A DNA stretch of 64,000 nucleotides from Balanoglossus misakiensis (taxonomy: Eukaryota; Animalia; Hemichordata). Position 1 is the first letter of the stretch. Every line of letters starts with the position of its first letter. The notes beneath the pieces are model-generated. The model did no database searches, was not told where the DNA came from, and saw nothing but the letters and a program-made list of their open reading frames with translations. The position numbers and the translations under genes are program-made. Shown here piece by piece: positions 27,601 to 37,600 of this stretch. The stretch covers positions 6,998,699 to 7,062,698 of the forward strand of contig CM082581.2 of the NCBI GenBank assembly GCA_040954595.2. The letters run 5' to 3'.

Positions 27601-30600
27601 ACCTTATGAGAAACACTTTCACCAAATTATATTACATTCCCGCTACAATATTGGCTGTTTTTAATTTCGGCCATTGGCTGAGGGGTGATTTTTGATCTGT
27701 GTTTCAGCTGCTGGTTTTTCTATCGACTAGTTTTGCATGATAAAAATCCCGAGCATTATCAACGTTCTTAAGCTTTGCAGAGATGAGCTAGCTGCTCTCT
27801 GATATTGAAAGAGGAGGAAATTAAAAAAAACAAACATGATACTGTTATGTAACTGGCGCAGTGTACTTCTCACCTTGAAAACATGAAAAATGTTTTATCA
27901 ATTCATTCAAGCATTTTGTCATGTATTGATTCAAAATTCAGTCTATCTACACTTGATCCGAAATAATACGTTCCTCCTTCTTGTACTTAGCGTGGCAATA
28001 TTTACACTGAAAAAATACCAGATCCAGAAATGTACCCAGCAAATGGCTTTTTTAGTATTCACAACGGCCACAATTTAAAATCTGCACATTTAATATATGG
28101 TTTGGGGCTGGCTAAATGGTATTATCAACGTACACGACATTTGCTGCCTTTAGTACCTGCGCCGAAACAGACATGCCCTTATTTTGCTCCGATAAACCAC
28201 ATCCCCTGTGAAAATGCACATGCATCAGCCGCATTTATAGGAAATGCCGGCGGCATCCGGGTAATTTGCACGAAACAAGCATCCGTGCATTCTGGATTAC
28301 AGTCAAGTCCTGCCCACTGGGAGACGGATCGCCAATGGATACGTGATACGGTTAGACGTGCAATTTCATCCCAATCCCGACGGATAACCACATCTGCTTC
28401 TCTGGGATTTTTTTCCTCCTCCTCCTGCCCCGGAATCCCCACCAACATTCCATTTCTACACGTCTATTCCCCTTCCCTCCATTTTTTTGCCTGTTCTCCG
28501 GCATTGTTCAAAACACGAGGAAAAAGTCGATCGTACAGTGGCTCATATTAAATGTCCATTTACGCAAACGCGTCTAGAATTTCAAAGCAGGGGGGAAAAT
28601 GAAAATTCAATATCAACTGGCATATTTATTACCGATTGAATTCCGCAAATATTGACTAGCATGTCTGAACGCGCTACTTTAAAAGAGTAAACCACAGCAT
28701 ACAACGCATAGAGAAGCTTATCATAAATCCATATTTAATGGCTATTCAGAATGCACTGCACACGTCGGCTCTGTTTATGTGCTTGGGCTGTGCACTAACC
28801 AGAATGCAGAATTGATGCATTTTCAAGTTTTTTTCAACTCCCTGTCTATATATACCCCAAATAAAGACTGCTTGTGTTGATAAATCTACAAAAATAATTA
28901 AACATTCACTTAATTCAAGAAAAAAAATCTTGAATATCCATTATATCCATATACTCGCAGATCATAGTAGGACATTTTCTCAAACTGCCAATATTTACAA
29001 GTGTTCTAAGTGACCACATTCTTTTTTAAACTTAATGAGGAAATATTTGCTTGTAGATTTCTAGATAAACAATTCGTTTTTTTTTTTTTTATAATTTGCA
29101 AAAACAGCGGAGTACTTAATTGAGACAGGCTATCATTTCTCCGTTTAATAAATCTCACAAATGTGTGTTAGAAACATATGACACTTTAATCTTTTAGGAC
29201 AGTTTGGGACTTATTAAGGACTTCACCCAGAGTAGAAAGGCTGCTTGTGGAGCCATTTCCAAGCCTGCCTTGTAAAAAACTTACTATGCAATAGCACAAG
29301 AAGACGTGCGGAGAAAATCATCCATTATACATTGCACACACTCATGCCTTCTAGGCCAATATGGTGCACGACTGATTCTGAAGGATTTTCTTTGACTTGG
29401 AGAAAATGTTTCCCAGTGCAAGTGATGACAGGTAGGCGACTCGAAGGAATTTCTCCAATTCCCAAAGCAATTTCAGGGTCTCACAAATCTTGGCCACGCT
29501 TAATATGTATTGCTCCTACAAGACCTACACTTTTGACCTGTGCCTCACACATTGCATTATAGTCTAATGACTGTCTTGTCCATTTTTTTAAAACTTGCTG
29601 AAATGCCACTGACCACAGAGATTTTATTATCTGCTACCAAATTCTAGCACAGATAAAGTTAGTATAAACTGTAAAACAGCAAAACACACCTTGTGGGGTT
29701 GTAATATTTTGTGCAAAAACTATCTTGAAACTGGTTTTTCACAAGAAAAATACACATCCATCTATCTTGATCTGGAGATCTTTTACGTCGTTATTTTTCT
29801 CACCGACAATGATCTTGCCTCCGACCTTACTAGCCTTTGACATTTCACTCTCATTCTGTCTGGGACCTAAAACCCATTTGAAGCGCTATGAGGTCACAGG
29901 AAGGAGGCTGCTCGCGGAACAATTACAGAAAACACAAACCCACGCGTCTGTTACCACACACTTGCATTGGGGGGGGGGGGGAGGCAATTTCAGCGCAGAC
30001 AGAATAAGACCTCACGTAACGACCGGGATTAGTCTGTCACTGCGCAGGAAAATGACGCAGTAAAAGGGCAGAATTCGCCCACACTCGGATGACTGCCTGA
30101 ACCGGAATGCAATTCCTTGTTCCATAAATTGATTTCCAGTTCGAGACAAATCCCCCAACGGTTTGCGAATCAGATCCCGGCATTATCTCGATATAATCTC
30201 TTCCTGATATGTCAACTTTTTTTCCCTTTCAGGTGATGTTGTTTTTCACTGCGATCTCTTTTTTTTTTATTACCCGAAACTTCGAATAATTATGCAATCA
30301 CGTAATTGAAGAGCAAGAAAAAGGGCGAGCACTGACGCACGAGAAGACAAGGGATGCATACTAACGCGCCAAGAAAACGTGACCTCACCTATTCACGGCA
30401 GTCAAATCCATAAATTCCATGATTAAAACATTTAAAAAAATGGGAAAAGGGCAATTCTGTGAAATGACTCGGTATAAAAAGGGAAGTGGTGATATACTAG
30501 ACAGAGATGTCAGCCAGACTGGAGTGATAATCTGTTTATAAATTGGAGACTAACTGAATGAGTGTGTATACCCGGTGAATTATTTGTCTGTTTGGGCACC

Positions 30601-32268
30601 GGTGAACATTCCAATAATGCCAAGATTTCCAATTTGGAAATAATGGACGGTGGCTGCCAGGCAGGAGCAGGAAGAAAAAGGCCTGTGTGTGTGTAATTGC
30701 ATTACCGAGGAGCCTCCAGAACTCCTTGTGTATGCGGTGTATACAACCAGGAGTAGTTATTCAGATCTATGTCAATCTGCGTGTTTGCTCATGTGATGGA
30801 AAATAGATGAAGCAAACAGTTAGTCACACTAAAAGCCCGGCTAGCCTTGGATTTATTAGATCAAATTTAGCTTGGGGTGTTCTAACTTACTTCGATATGT
30901 CTAAAATGCAAATTCAGAATTTTTTTTATAATTCTGTGATATTTTAGTCTTGTTTTAGTATAGTAAGCTCTTCTTATTGAAAAAAAATGTCCAACTTCTG
31001 TGATATTTTAGTCTAATTTTATGTAGTAAGCTCGTAACATTGAAAAAAATGTCCATCTAACAGTAAGCAGGGCCTAGTTAATAATTATGTATACATGTAC
31101 ATTGTATATAAATACACTAATGACAGACACCGATGGCTTTATCAGCAATATATTATAACACAGTGAATTACTATGCCTGCCAACTAGTAATACATGTATT
31201 TATGTATTTTTAGTTTATTCATGTCTTATTTTAATTATTTAAATTTATGTATATATGCAAATTGTCACTGTTATTCATTCACTGGGGGGGGGTCACCTAC
31301 TTTTAAATTTTCAATGAGGGGGGGGGGGGGTCACCCACTTTTTGATATCCAAAAAATAGAACCCCCCCCCCCCCCCCCCAGCTGAAGAAACTGACCAGTC
31401 CCTAAGAACAAAGTATGGATGGGCGTGCTGATTCATGGACTCAAAGACATCAGTGTTCCTTCCTGACCACAATTCCCACCTTGTTCCAGGCCCACTATTT
31501 TCTAACAGTGTGTGTACACCAGTTAGAGTGACCCCTCTCACCCATACCCCTCTCCCCCTGTGAGTAGTAGGATTAAAGGGACCACAGAACACACTTGGGA
31601 TGAACCACTGATTTGGAATGTCAAGGGGGAGGTGAAAATCTGTGTGGAAAGTAAAAAAAAAGGTGACAATTAACTACCCCTCCCACCCCATAACCCTCCC
31701 CCCCCCCCCACCCCGTGCAATAGGATGACCACAAAACACATCAGGGATGAACCAATAAATTAGAATGGGAGGTGTGAAAATCTTTGTGTCAAATGTACTG
31801 AAGAATTAACAAACTCAACCCGCTTGAATATGCCAGCAAACTAGTCAACATGAAGTAAAGGGAGAACCATTTGATTTCTGGGGGGGGGGGGAGAATTTGG
31901 GTATGTCAGCAATTTTGTTTTCAGCAAAAAAAAATTGATTGCCAGTTCATCTTTGTAGAAGCAAAGTTCTTTTCCCTCTGCACCATCTGGCAACAAACGT
32001 TTTTTTTCTCTCCAAAAATCCTCCCCCAAGAAATCAAATGGTTCTCCCCTAAGCAAAAGTTCTTTTCCCTCCACACCACCTGTCAGCATTTTTTTTGCTT
32101 CAAAATCCCCCCCCCAGAAATCAAATGGTTCTCCCCTAAGCAAAAGTTCACCGTACCTAGAGTCAAAAGCTGAATTTCCCGTTGACGTTTCTCCCTTTCT
32201 TCATCCAAAGCCACATCAATGTTGTGACTTCTGGCAGCAGCTTCCTTCACAGCTTTTCTTCTGATCAT
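449..32268 (-). CDS. Divergent heterotrimeric G-protein alpha subunit, 5' part (3 coding exons: 32268-32157, 1705-1521, 651-449; continues beyond the left edge)
   Basis: GT-AG splicing in compatible phases (1, 0, 2) gives MIRRKAVKEAAARSHNIDVALDEEREKRQREIQLLTLG/SAGSGKSTFSKQLRILYGDGYPECERMKFQSQVYFNVRRAVHILISAMKTLSIDFENPEIE/FVSDELC...IRMVWKDGGIQRCFLERHKFHLAESSKY. This aligns with the G-alpha alphaN-beta1, P-loop (GxxxxGKST), KQM(R/K)IIH and LWxDxGIQxCF..R..YQLxDSxxY motifs. Confidence 0.92.
1521..1705 (-). CDS. G-alpha coding exon 2 (P-loop, alpha1, alphaA)
   Basis: Acceptor tgttttgttttccag|GT at 1705, donor GAG|gtaatt at 1521/1520; 185 nt, phase 1 to 0; encodes (G)SAGSGKSTFSKQLRILYGDGY. Confidence 0.93.
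3990..5490 (+). mobile_element. Non-autonomous Helentron/HINE(DINE-1)-like element (boundaries approximate)
   Basis: Internal ~230-bp degenerate direct repeats (4314-4425 vs 4541-4640) and AGGTCA-rich modules. A (GAA/TAA)n microsatellite at ~5406-5432 is followed by a perfect 14-bp terminal hairpin taggggcacaagcc-cgata-ggcttgtgccccta (5452-5484), the usual HINE 3' architecture. No coding capacity. Confidence 0.6.
7333..7417 (+). mobile_element. ~90-bp TTAA-type mini-MITE family, copy 1
   Basis: Begins ttaaccctgtca; core ttaccatagaaaacaatggctttggaccaaaccatggtggtgaaa recurs at ~12200-12295, ~19706-19768 and, reversed, at ~24300-24388. Confidence 0.7.
12200..12297 (+). mobile_element. ~90-bp mini-MITE family, copy 2
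   Basis: Shares core ttaccatagaaaacaatgggtttggactgaaccat with the copy at 7333. Confidence 0.6.
14706..14790. mobile_element. Truncated Tc1/mariner-pogo-type MITE end
   Basis: Ends ...gcgacttagcgagggtctactg-TA (CAGTA terminus plus TA target site). Repeated ccctcg(c/t)taagtcgcgg units form an inverted repeat with 14765-14781. No left terminus seen. Confidence 0.65.
19706..19768 (+). mobile_element. ~90-bp mini-MITE family, copy 3 (partial)
   Basis: ccatagaaaacaatggatttggaacaaaccatg matches the family core. Confidence 0.55.
22668..23026. mobile_element. Degenerate TTAA-flanked non-autonomous DNA transposon (Kolobok-like)
   Basis: ttaa-ggcagaacgcacctt at the left and ctgtccctgaggcacaagactact-ttaa at the right form an imperfect inverted pair flanked by TTAA. 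Confidence 0.4.
24300..24388 (-). mobile_element. ~90-bp mini-MITE family, copy 4 (reverse orientation)
   Basis: ccctttcaccaccatggtttgtccaaatttattgttttctatggtaaag...gggtgacggggttaa is the reverse complement of the 7333 copy and shows imperfect TIRs (cccttTcacc / ggtgacgggg-ttaa). Confidence 0.7.
30932..31056. repeat. Two-copy ~65-bp tandem duplication
   Basis: ttctgtgatattttagtct...tagtaagctc...attgaaaaaaatgtcca occurs twice in succession. Confidence 0.8.
31580..31790. repeat. Degenerate two-copy repeat with ~147-bp period
   Basis: gaccacagaacacacttgggatgaacca...ggaggtgaaaatctgtgtg at 31580 is echoed by gaccacaaaacacatcagggatgaacca...ggaggtgtgaaaatctttgtg at 31727. Confidence 0.6.
31859..32148. 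mobile_element. MITE with ~20-bp TIRs and a tandemly duplicated right half
   Basis: Left TIR agggagaaccatttgatttct(ggggg). Right TIR agaaatcaaatggttctcccct occurs twice (ending ~32050 and ~32137), each followed by aagcaaaagttc. Confidence 0.75.
32157..32268 (-). CDS. G-alpha coding exon 1 (alphaN helix and beta1)
   Basis: ATG at 32268 (acaATG, in-frame TGA 12 nt upstream); encodes MIRRKAVKEAAARSHNIDVALDEEREKRQREIQLLTL-G. Phase-1 donor CTAG|gtacgg lies at the intron position typical of animal G-alpha genes. Probable exon acceptor ttttttagcag at ~32486. Confidence 0.85.
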
Positions 32269-32589
32269 TGTCAGCACTCATTCACAAATGGGCGATTCCT
32301 CTGCATTCACGCAATGGATCCTATAATACACCACTTCTCAAGTTCCACTAGCAGAGAGTGACTGCATGTACAGATCGGTCCCAATCTATTCTTGACTACC
32401 TTGAGCTTGTTTACATGTCAGTGTCAGCTGTGGCCTCAGTCATGAAGTATACATGTACAACTCTCCTTCCCAGTCAGTGGTTTAACCTGCTAAAAAATAA
32501 AAAATAAAGTTTCAAACACCACTTTCAGGCTTTACTTCACATAAAAATATAAAATGGTTAGCTTTATTTCAACATATTCATATATTCAA

Positions 32590-32672
32590 GTGTGTGTGTG
32601 TGTCTGTCTGTCTATGTGTCTGTCTATGTGTCAGTGTGTGTGTCTGTCTATGTGTCAGTGTGTGTGTGTGGG
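32590..32672. repeat. (GT)n/(GTCT)n compound microsatellite
   Basis: gtgtgtgtgtgtgtctgtctgtctatgtgtc... directly visible. Confidence 0.9.
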
Positions 32673-33229
32673 TATGTACACATTATCATGTGTGAACTAG
32701 GATGGAGATGAACGGACTGTAACTCACCCATTCTTCTTCACTTCAGGGGATTTTTTACACTGAACAGCTACTTTGCCATGAATTGGTTGACACCTAGCAT
32801 GCATACACCGATTTTATCAAAAGACTGGAAAGGTAATTACATCTGATGAACATTTGGGATATATTTTTTAAAAACCGTGTTCTCAGGGATACTGCACGTG
32901 CATATCATTTTTTTCTTTTAAATACTCGGTAACAGACTGGTGCCGTGTTTCTTTTCTAAGTTCAGTTTTGAAAGAGTTTGCCGGCTGAATCGGTTCGCGT
33001 TGAGCGGTAATTTTAATAGGTAATTCGAGTCTAAACGAGAGTGCGAAAAACGTTGCTGATCTCACCTATCTCGACACGGTGGTAAACTGTAATTACATTT
33101 TTTCCCGTAGCAAGCAAAGAACGTCGGTCACGAAGACATCTTTCCAATCAACGACCAATGATGAAATTGCGCTGACATACATGTATGAACATCGTCACGC
33201 TGATTCCAAGAGTCAAACGTTTAACTTAC

Positions 33230-33369
33230 CTCCGAAGTTCGTTCTCGCATCGCCCGCCGCGTTCTGCACATCGGCGCAATAGCCGAGATTCGTTCAATCG
33301 GGGACTTCCATCATTATCATCACTCTCGGAGGATGGCGCTCGTCCTCTTTTTCTGGGAGGAAAGATAAT
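33230..33369 (-). other. Putative non-coding 5' leader exon of the G-alpha gene
   Basis: GC/CpG-rich block ending in a strong minus-strand donor GGAG|gtaagt (33230/33229), upstream of the acceptor at ~32486. The 5' boundary is uncertain. Confidence 0.45.
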
Positions 33370-33463
33370 CTAACAGGCGATTTGAAGTGTTTTCCAGTCA
33401 GGAAAACTGAGACTGCCATCGCCGATGAAAGGTAGAGATAATTTATCTAATTTTATACCTTAA

Positions 33464-33637
33464 AGGTATACGGTCACCTCCAATTTACATATCGCCATAT
33501 ATAGTTGAAATGGCGTATTTGAGTGTTCTAAAGAACGCTTTATTTTCGCGTGTGCCACCCACTGAAAATCTGTGATTGGTTAGATCTCGATTTACCATGG
33601 TAACTGTGGCTAAATTTGTATAGGTGACCGTATACCT
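33464..33637. mobile_element. 174-bp MITE with perfect 16-bp TIRs and TTAA target-site duplication (Kolobok-like)
   Basis: TTAA-aggtatacggtcacct ... aggtgaccgtatacct-TTAA (33460-33463 and 33638-33641). Confidence 0.88.
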
Positions 33638-33828
33638 TTAATCATGTATGATGACTGATGTAGATATTATCAACAATCTGTTGCCATTCGTAAATGCCGG
33701 GTGTTATTTTATCATGTTTATACCGTGAGGTCGTGTCTCGATCGCGCACGTACTTGCAAAAACCTGTGGGTATTATAAAATAACAAAACAAATTGCGGAT
33801 TTTGTGATAACCAAACTCCACCGACATT

Positions 33829-33878
33829 CATTTCATTCACTGAAATGTACATTTCATTCACTGAAATGTACATTTCAT
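33829..33878. repeat. 21-bp tandem duplication
   Basis: catttcattcactgaaatgta repeated twice plus a partial copy. Confidence 0.8.
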
Positions 33879-34169
33879 GGTTATATAAACAAAGCCACGT
33901 GACTGACAGCTACCGGTATTCGTACTATATAAAAGTAAAAAAAAAAAAAAATCATAATAACTTGTAGGTTCGGTAAATCACAATATCAACCCGAGGGTTG
34001 GGATTCGAGTTGACATACCATTCCCCTTGCCCCGGGGAGAAGGCGGGAGACCAGTTGCATATCCTTGTGTTATATATGTTGTGAAAAAGTTTTAAACCCA
34101 GCCTCGTTCTGAGTAAAAGCCAAACAAACCTGAAAACGTTGAAATTAAAGTTGGTAACGTCTTTTGTAA

Positions 34170-34560
34170 TATTCAGAATTGGCTATCACTCGTAGTTTGG
34201 CCTTCTGATTATTGCCCGATGTGTTTTTCTCCTAAAAATGGACAAGTTTAAGTCAAAAACGTACCCATCTCACCCTCACTGAGATAAATGTGTTTCTAAC
34301 CTTTACGAAAATGGTAAAGTCCAGTCATAGAAAGCAACGTTAGATCTAATTGGCCAATAAAAACAGTCATATCAGAGAGAGGCGTAATCTGATTGGTAAA
34401 CTATCAGAGAGACTATCAACATGGCGGAAAGTTCGTCGTAAACATATCGAGCTCGTTCCGTTCCAGAGAAGTTTTTTCTGAAAGTCGTTTATTTTGCACT
34501 CTACGTGAAGTTATAGCACAGCAGCTAGTCCGGCGGAGATAAGTAACAGATTGGCGCAAG
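34170..34560. promoter_or_regulatory. Putative bidirectional promoter between the G-alpha gene and SERAC1
   Basis: Head-to-head genes. CCAAT boxes in both orientations (attggccaat ~34349, gattgg 34391 and 34549), a YY1-like aacatggcgg at ~34419, and minus-strand donor-like sites at 34264-34300. Confidence 0.55.
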
Positions 34561-34681
34561 CAGATCTATTCTAACGTTACCACATCAATTTGCTGGACGC
34601 TGCGAGCGAGTGATGTGATTGCGAACACATATCCAGGTGAATCAGGATTCCGAGGCTGTGTTTAATGGTTCGCGCACAACC

Positions 34682-37600
34682 ATGCGATTTCTTAGGATTC
34701 TGAGAAGATTTGTGAGCAATGGTGTTCCTCAAGGAAAGCCGCCATCACGTAAGAGTTGTCCTATCCAAAATGTTCACACTAATTATCGTCATTTATTTTA
34801 CCGCTGCGAATACAAGCAGACGACTGCAAGTGTGACACCGCGAGGTCGTGTAAGTTCACTCGCGGGTGCTTACGTGCCTTTCTACATACCCGATCCTGGC
34901 CTTGTCTAACTACTCTCGCCCCTGCATGTTCTTTTCACTCCTACGTCCTCAACTCGTTCACCACCAACCAAGATCGGTGTACGCGTCGTAGTCAATCCAT
35001 ACTGAACGATGTACACAAAAATTACGTCATCGCAGTCGCGTTGATTAATGTGACCTCGTGTGACCTTAGTTGTTTACGTTTTGGTTAACCGTGTCATTGA
35101 CTCAGCCAAGCGGCTTTTGTCCGCAACGACGCATTTTTCAAGGGCTTTTGTTTTGTTTACGTCGATGTTAAATGGTTACAACTGTGATATTTTGTATTTT
35201 GATCTGATAAAACATCCAATGAAGGTTTTTGTACTAGACACCTGCTATCTATTGAGGCTATTCTGTCATTTGTGATTTCTGTACACAGGAAAGGGTCTGT
35301 ATGCTGTATCAGCAGCTGCTGTGATTGGGTGAGTTGTCATGAAAATCATATATCCTTTGAACCTTGGTCAGAAGAAAACTTCTGACATCATAGGTCACCG
35401 CAGGGTCAGGGTGCAAAGTGATGATTTGCTGGTATAAAAATGTCGGTTAATAGGGCAAAGACCTTTATGCAGCATTCCCACTGTGCGTAGTCAAGTTGTG
35501 ACACTGATGGGGTATACAATGTATATATGTATTTGAATTTATTTATTTATCATGTAAATAATAAATTCTTTGTGAGTATTTATAGTAATATATATATTCA
35601 TTTATTTGTTTATTAGTGGTGTAGCTATTTACAGAGAACTGAATTATCTCAACCATGCTGTGCAATACAAGGTAAATGGTGACTCTCAAAGCCTGGATGA
35701 TGAAGAAGGTAAAATTCAGTGTTTTGGATTTCAGTCAAGATATAGGTTTTTGGTGAATCAAGCTTTACTGATAGTAATATTTTTTCTATCACTGAAGAGT
35801 GCTTTAGGTAGAAGAATATCCCATACAACCCTCTGCCCTTGTAAAACTGTACTTTAGTTGGTATACACAGAATTCGTTGTTTGGCCAAAGTTGTGACATT
35901 GCCATAGTTCACATTGTTGAAAATATAAACGACAGTCTAAGTAACTATAAAGGCTGCTGCATTTGAATTAGCATGATATCACTAATAATTGGTGCCAAAC
36001 TTTAATGAATTACTGATAAAGAAAAACTTCATCATTCTTGTCTATCGTAGCTGACTTGTTCGGCCGAATAAAAGCCAACTTTGAGGAAAGGCTAGAGATT
36101 TACAAGAGAAGGATTCGCAGTCTGGGACTTCTCTTCAATGAAGAGTCGGAAGAGGAGCGTAAGTACTACCCACCTATTTTACCATGGATAGTGGTCTGAC
36201 CCATTTGTCTTGTAATGGTTTGGTTGAATCCATGTATCAGACAACAGGGGTGACAGAATACACAAGGAAAGTTCACACAAGCTACTGTAATACTTTACCT
36301 TACGGCCGAACTTAGTAGACTCAGATGGGATGTGTACATGTATATATGTATTGTTGATGATTGCGTAGTTGGTATAGTAATATCTATGCGTGTGTGTTTT
36401 GTGTTAAACCTGTCTACATGTATATAACATACTGGTTCTCTTCCTTTAATGATACAGCCTCCTGGTGGTCCAGGCTGGAGGTGAAAAGTGATAATCCCTG
36501 GAAACTGCTGACAATGGCCAAGTCTGACGTGAGAAATGTCAGACTCCAAGGGGTGTATGGTCTCTCCAAGAAACAGAACTGGCTTGGTGAGTACTGCATT
36601 CAGTAGCCCCTGTAATGTGATGTGCCAAACATCCTATTTCAACCTTTCACAAACAGATTCAGCTTTTCACTGTGAACATTTCAATTCCAGCAGAAAAAAT
36701 GTAAAACTATTGTGTACAAAGAACTCTGTTTATGTGATGGATCAATGTTTTGAGTTAGTTGTGTAAGGCTTTATAAAGGACCAAATTTATGAGGCTCATA
36801 AAATCCGCATCTTTGAATTTGGCATTTAAAGCTAATAAAAAGTGCTCACTAAGTTTGATAAGGCTAATAGAGTGAAGGTCTTTAAATTTGGCATCTGAGT
36901 GCTTGGTATGTTGGGTCTGTTTCCATGAAAGTTTGCCACATGCAAAAAAAACAACCTCAGATTTGTCTACTGGGCATGAACTCAGTATTACATATTACAT
37001 ATTCATGAGTGGCAACCAGAGATTGCAAGTGTTCTGCATCTTTGCATAAATGTCGCTGAAAAATCAGGGATTCATTCATAGATAATGCATAAATTGTGGG
37101 ATATTTCCTCATGCAAAGTGGATATTTTCTCCGGCAGATGCCGAGTACAGGAAGATTGCGGCTGCTCTTGATGATGTCACCAGGGTAGGACTGGCCAGAA
37201 GTAGACATGTGGATATGAGGTTCTTTGAAGGGCCACGAGAATATACCTCCTCAGAAGTGAGTTAGCCATCTTGAGTATTTGGAAATCAAGATGTGAGAGT
37301 CTGGTTTCTGTAGGAAATAAATACAAGGCTCTGTCGAAGCCTGAAAATTAGTTACTTTACTTGTTTACATGTACCATGGATATGCATACACTGTGAACTG
37401 GCTCCCATTGTTATCGATTGTCACTTTATGAGTACCTTTGATGGGTTGATTGATACGGTCGCTGATTCGTGGATTTGTGTTTTTTCCTTCTCAGGAGTCT
37501 CTGGAGAAGTCCTTCCGCAAGCTCTTGTCTTCACTTCCCATGACAGGGCTGGACAAGTGTGCTCAGTACTTCACTGCAGTAGCCATGCAGGAAGGCAAAA

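Noticed and set aside
28030-28551. 173-aa plus-strand ORF in the large intron
   Set aside because: No recognisable domain or codon bias; compatible with a chance ORF.
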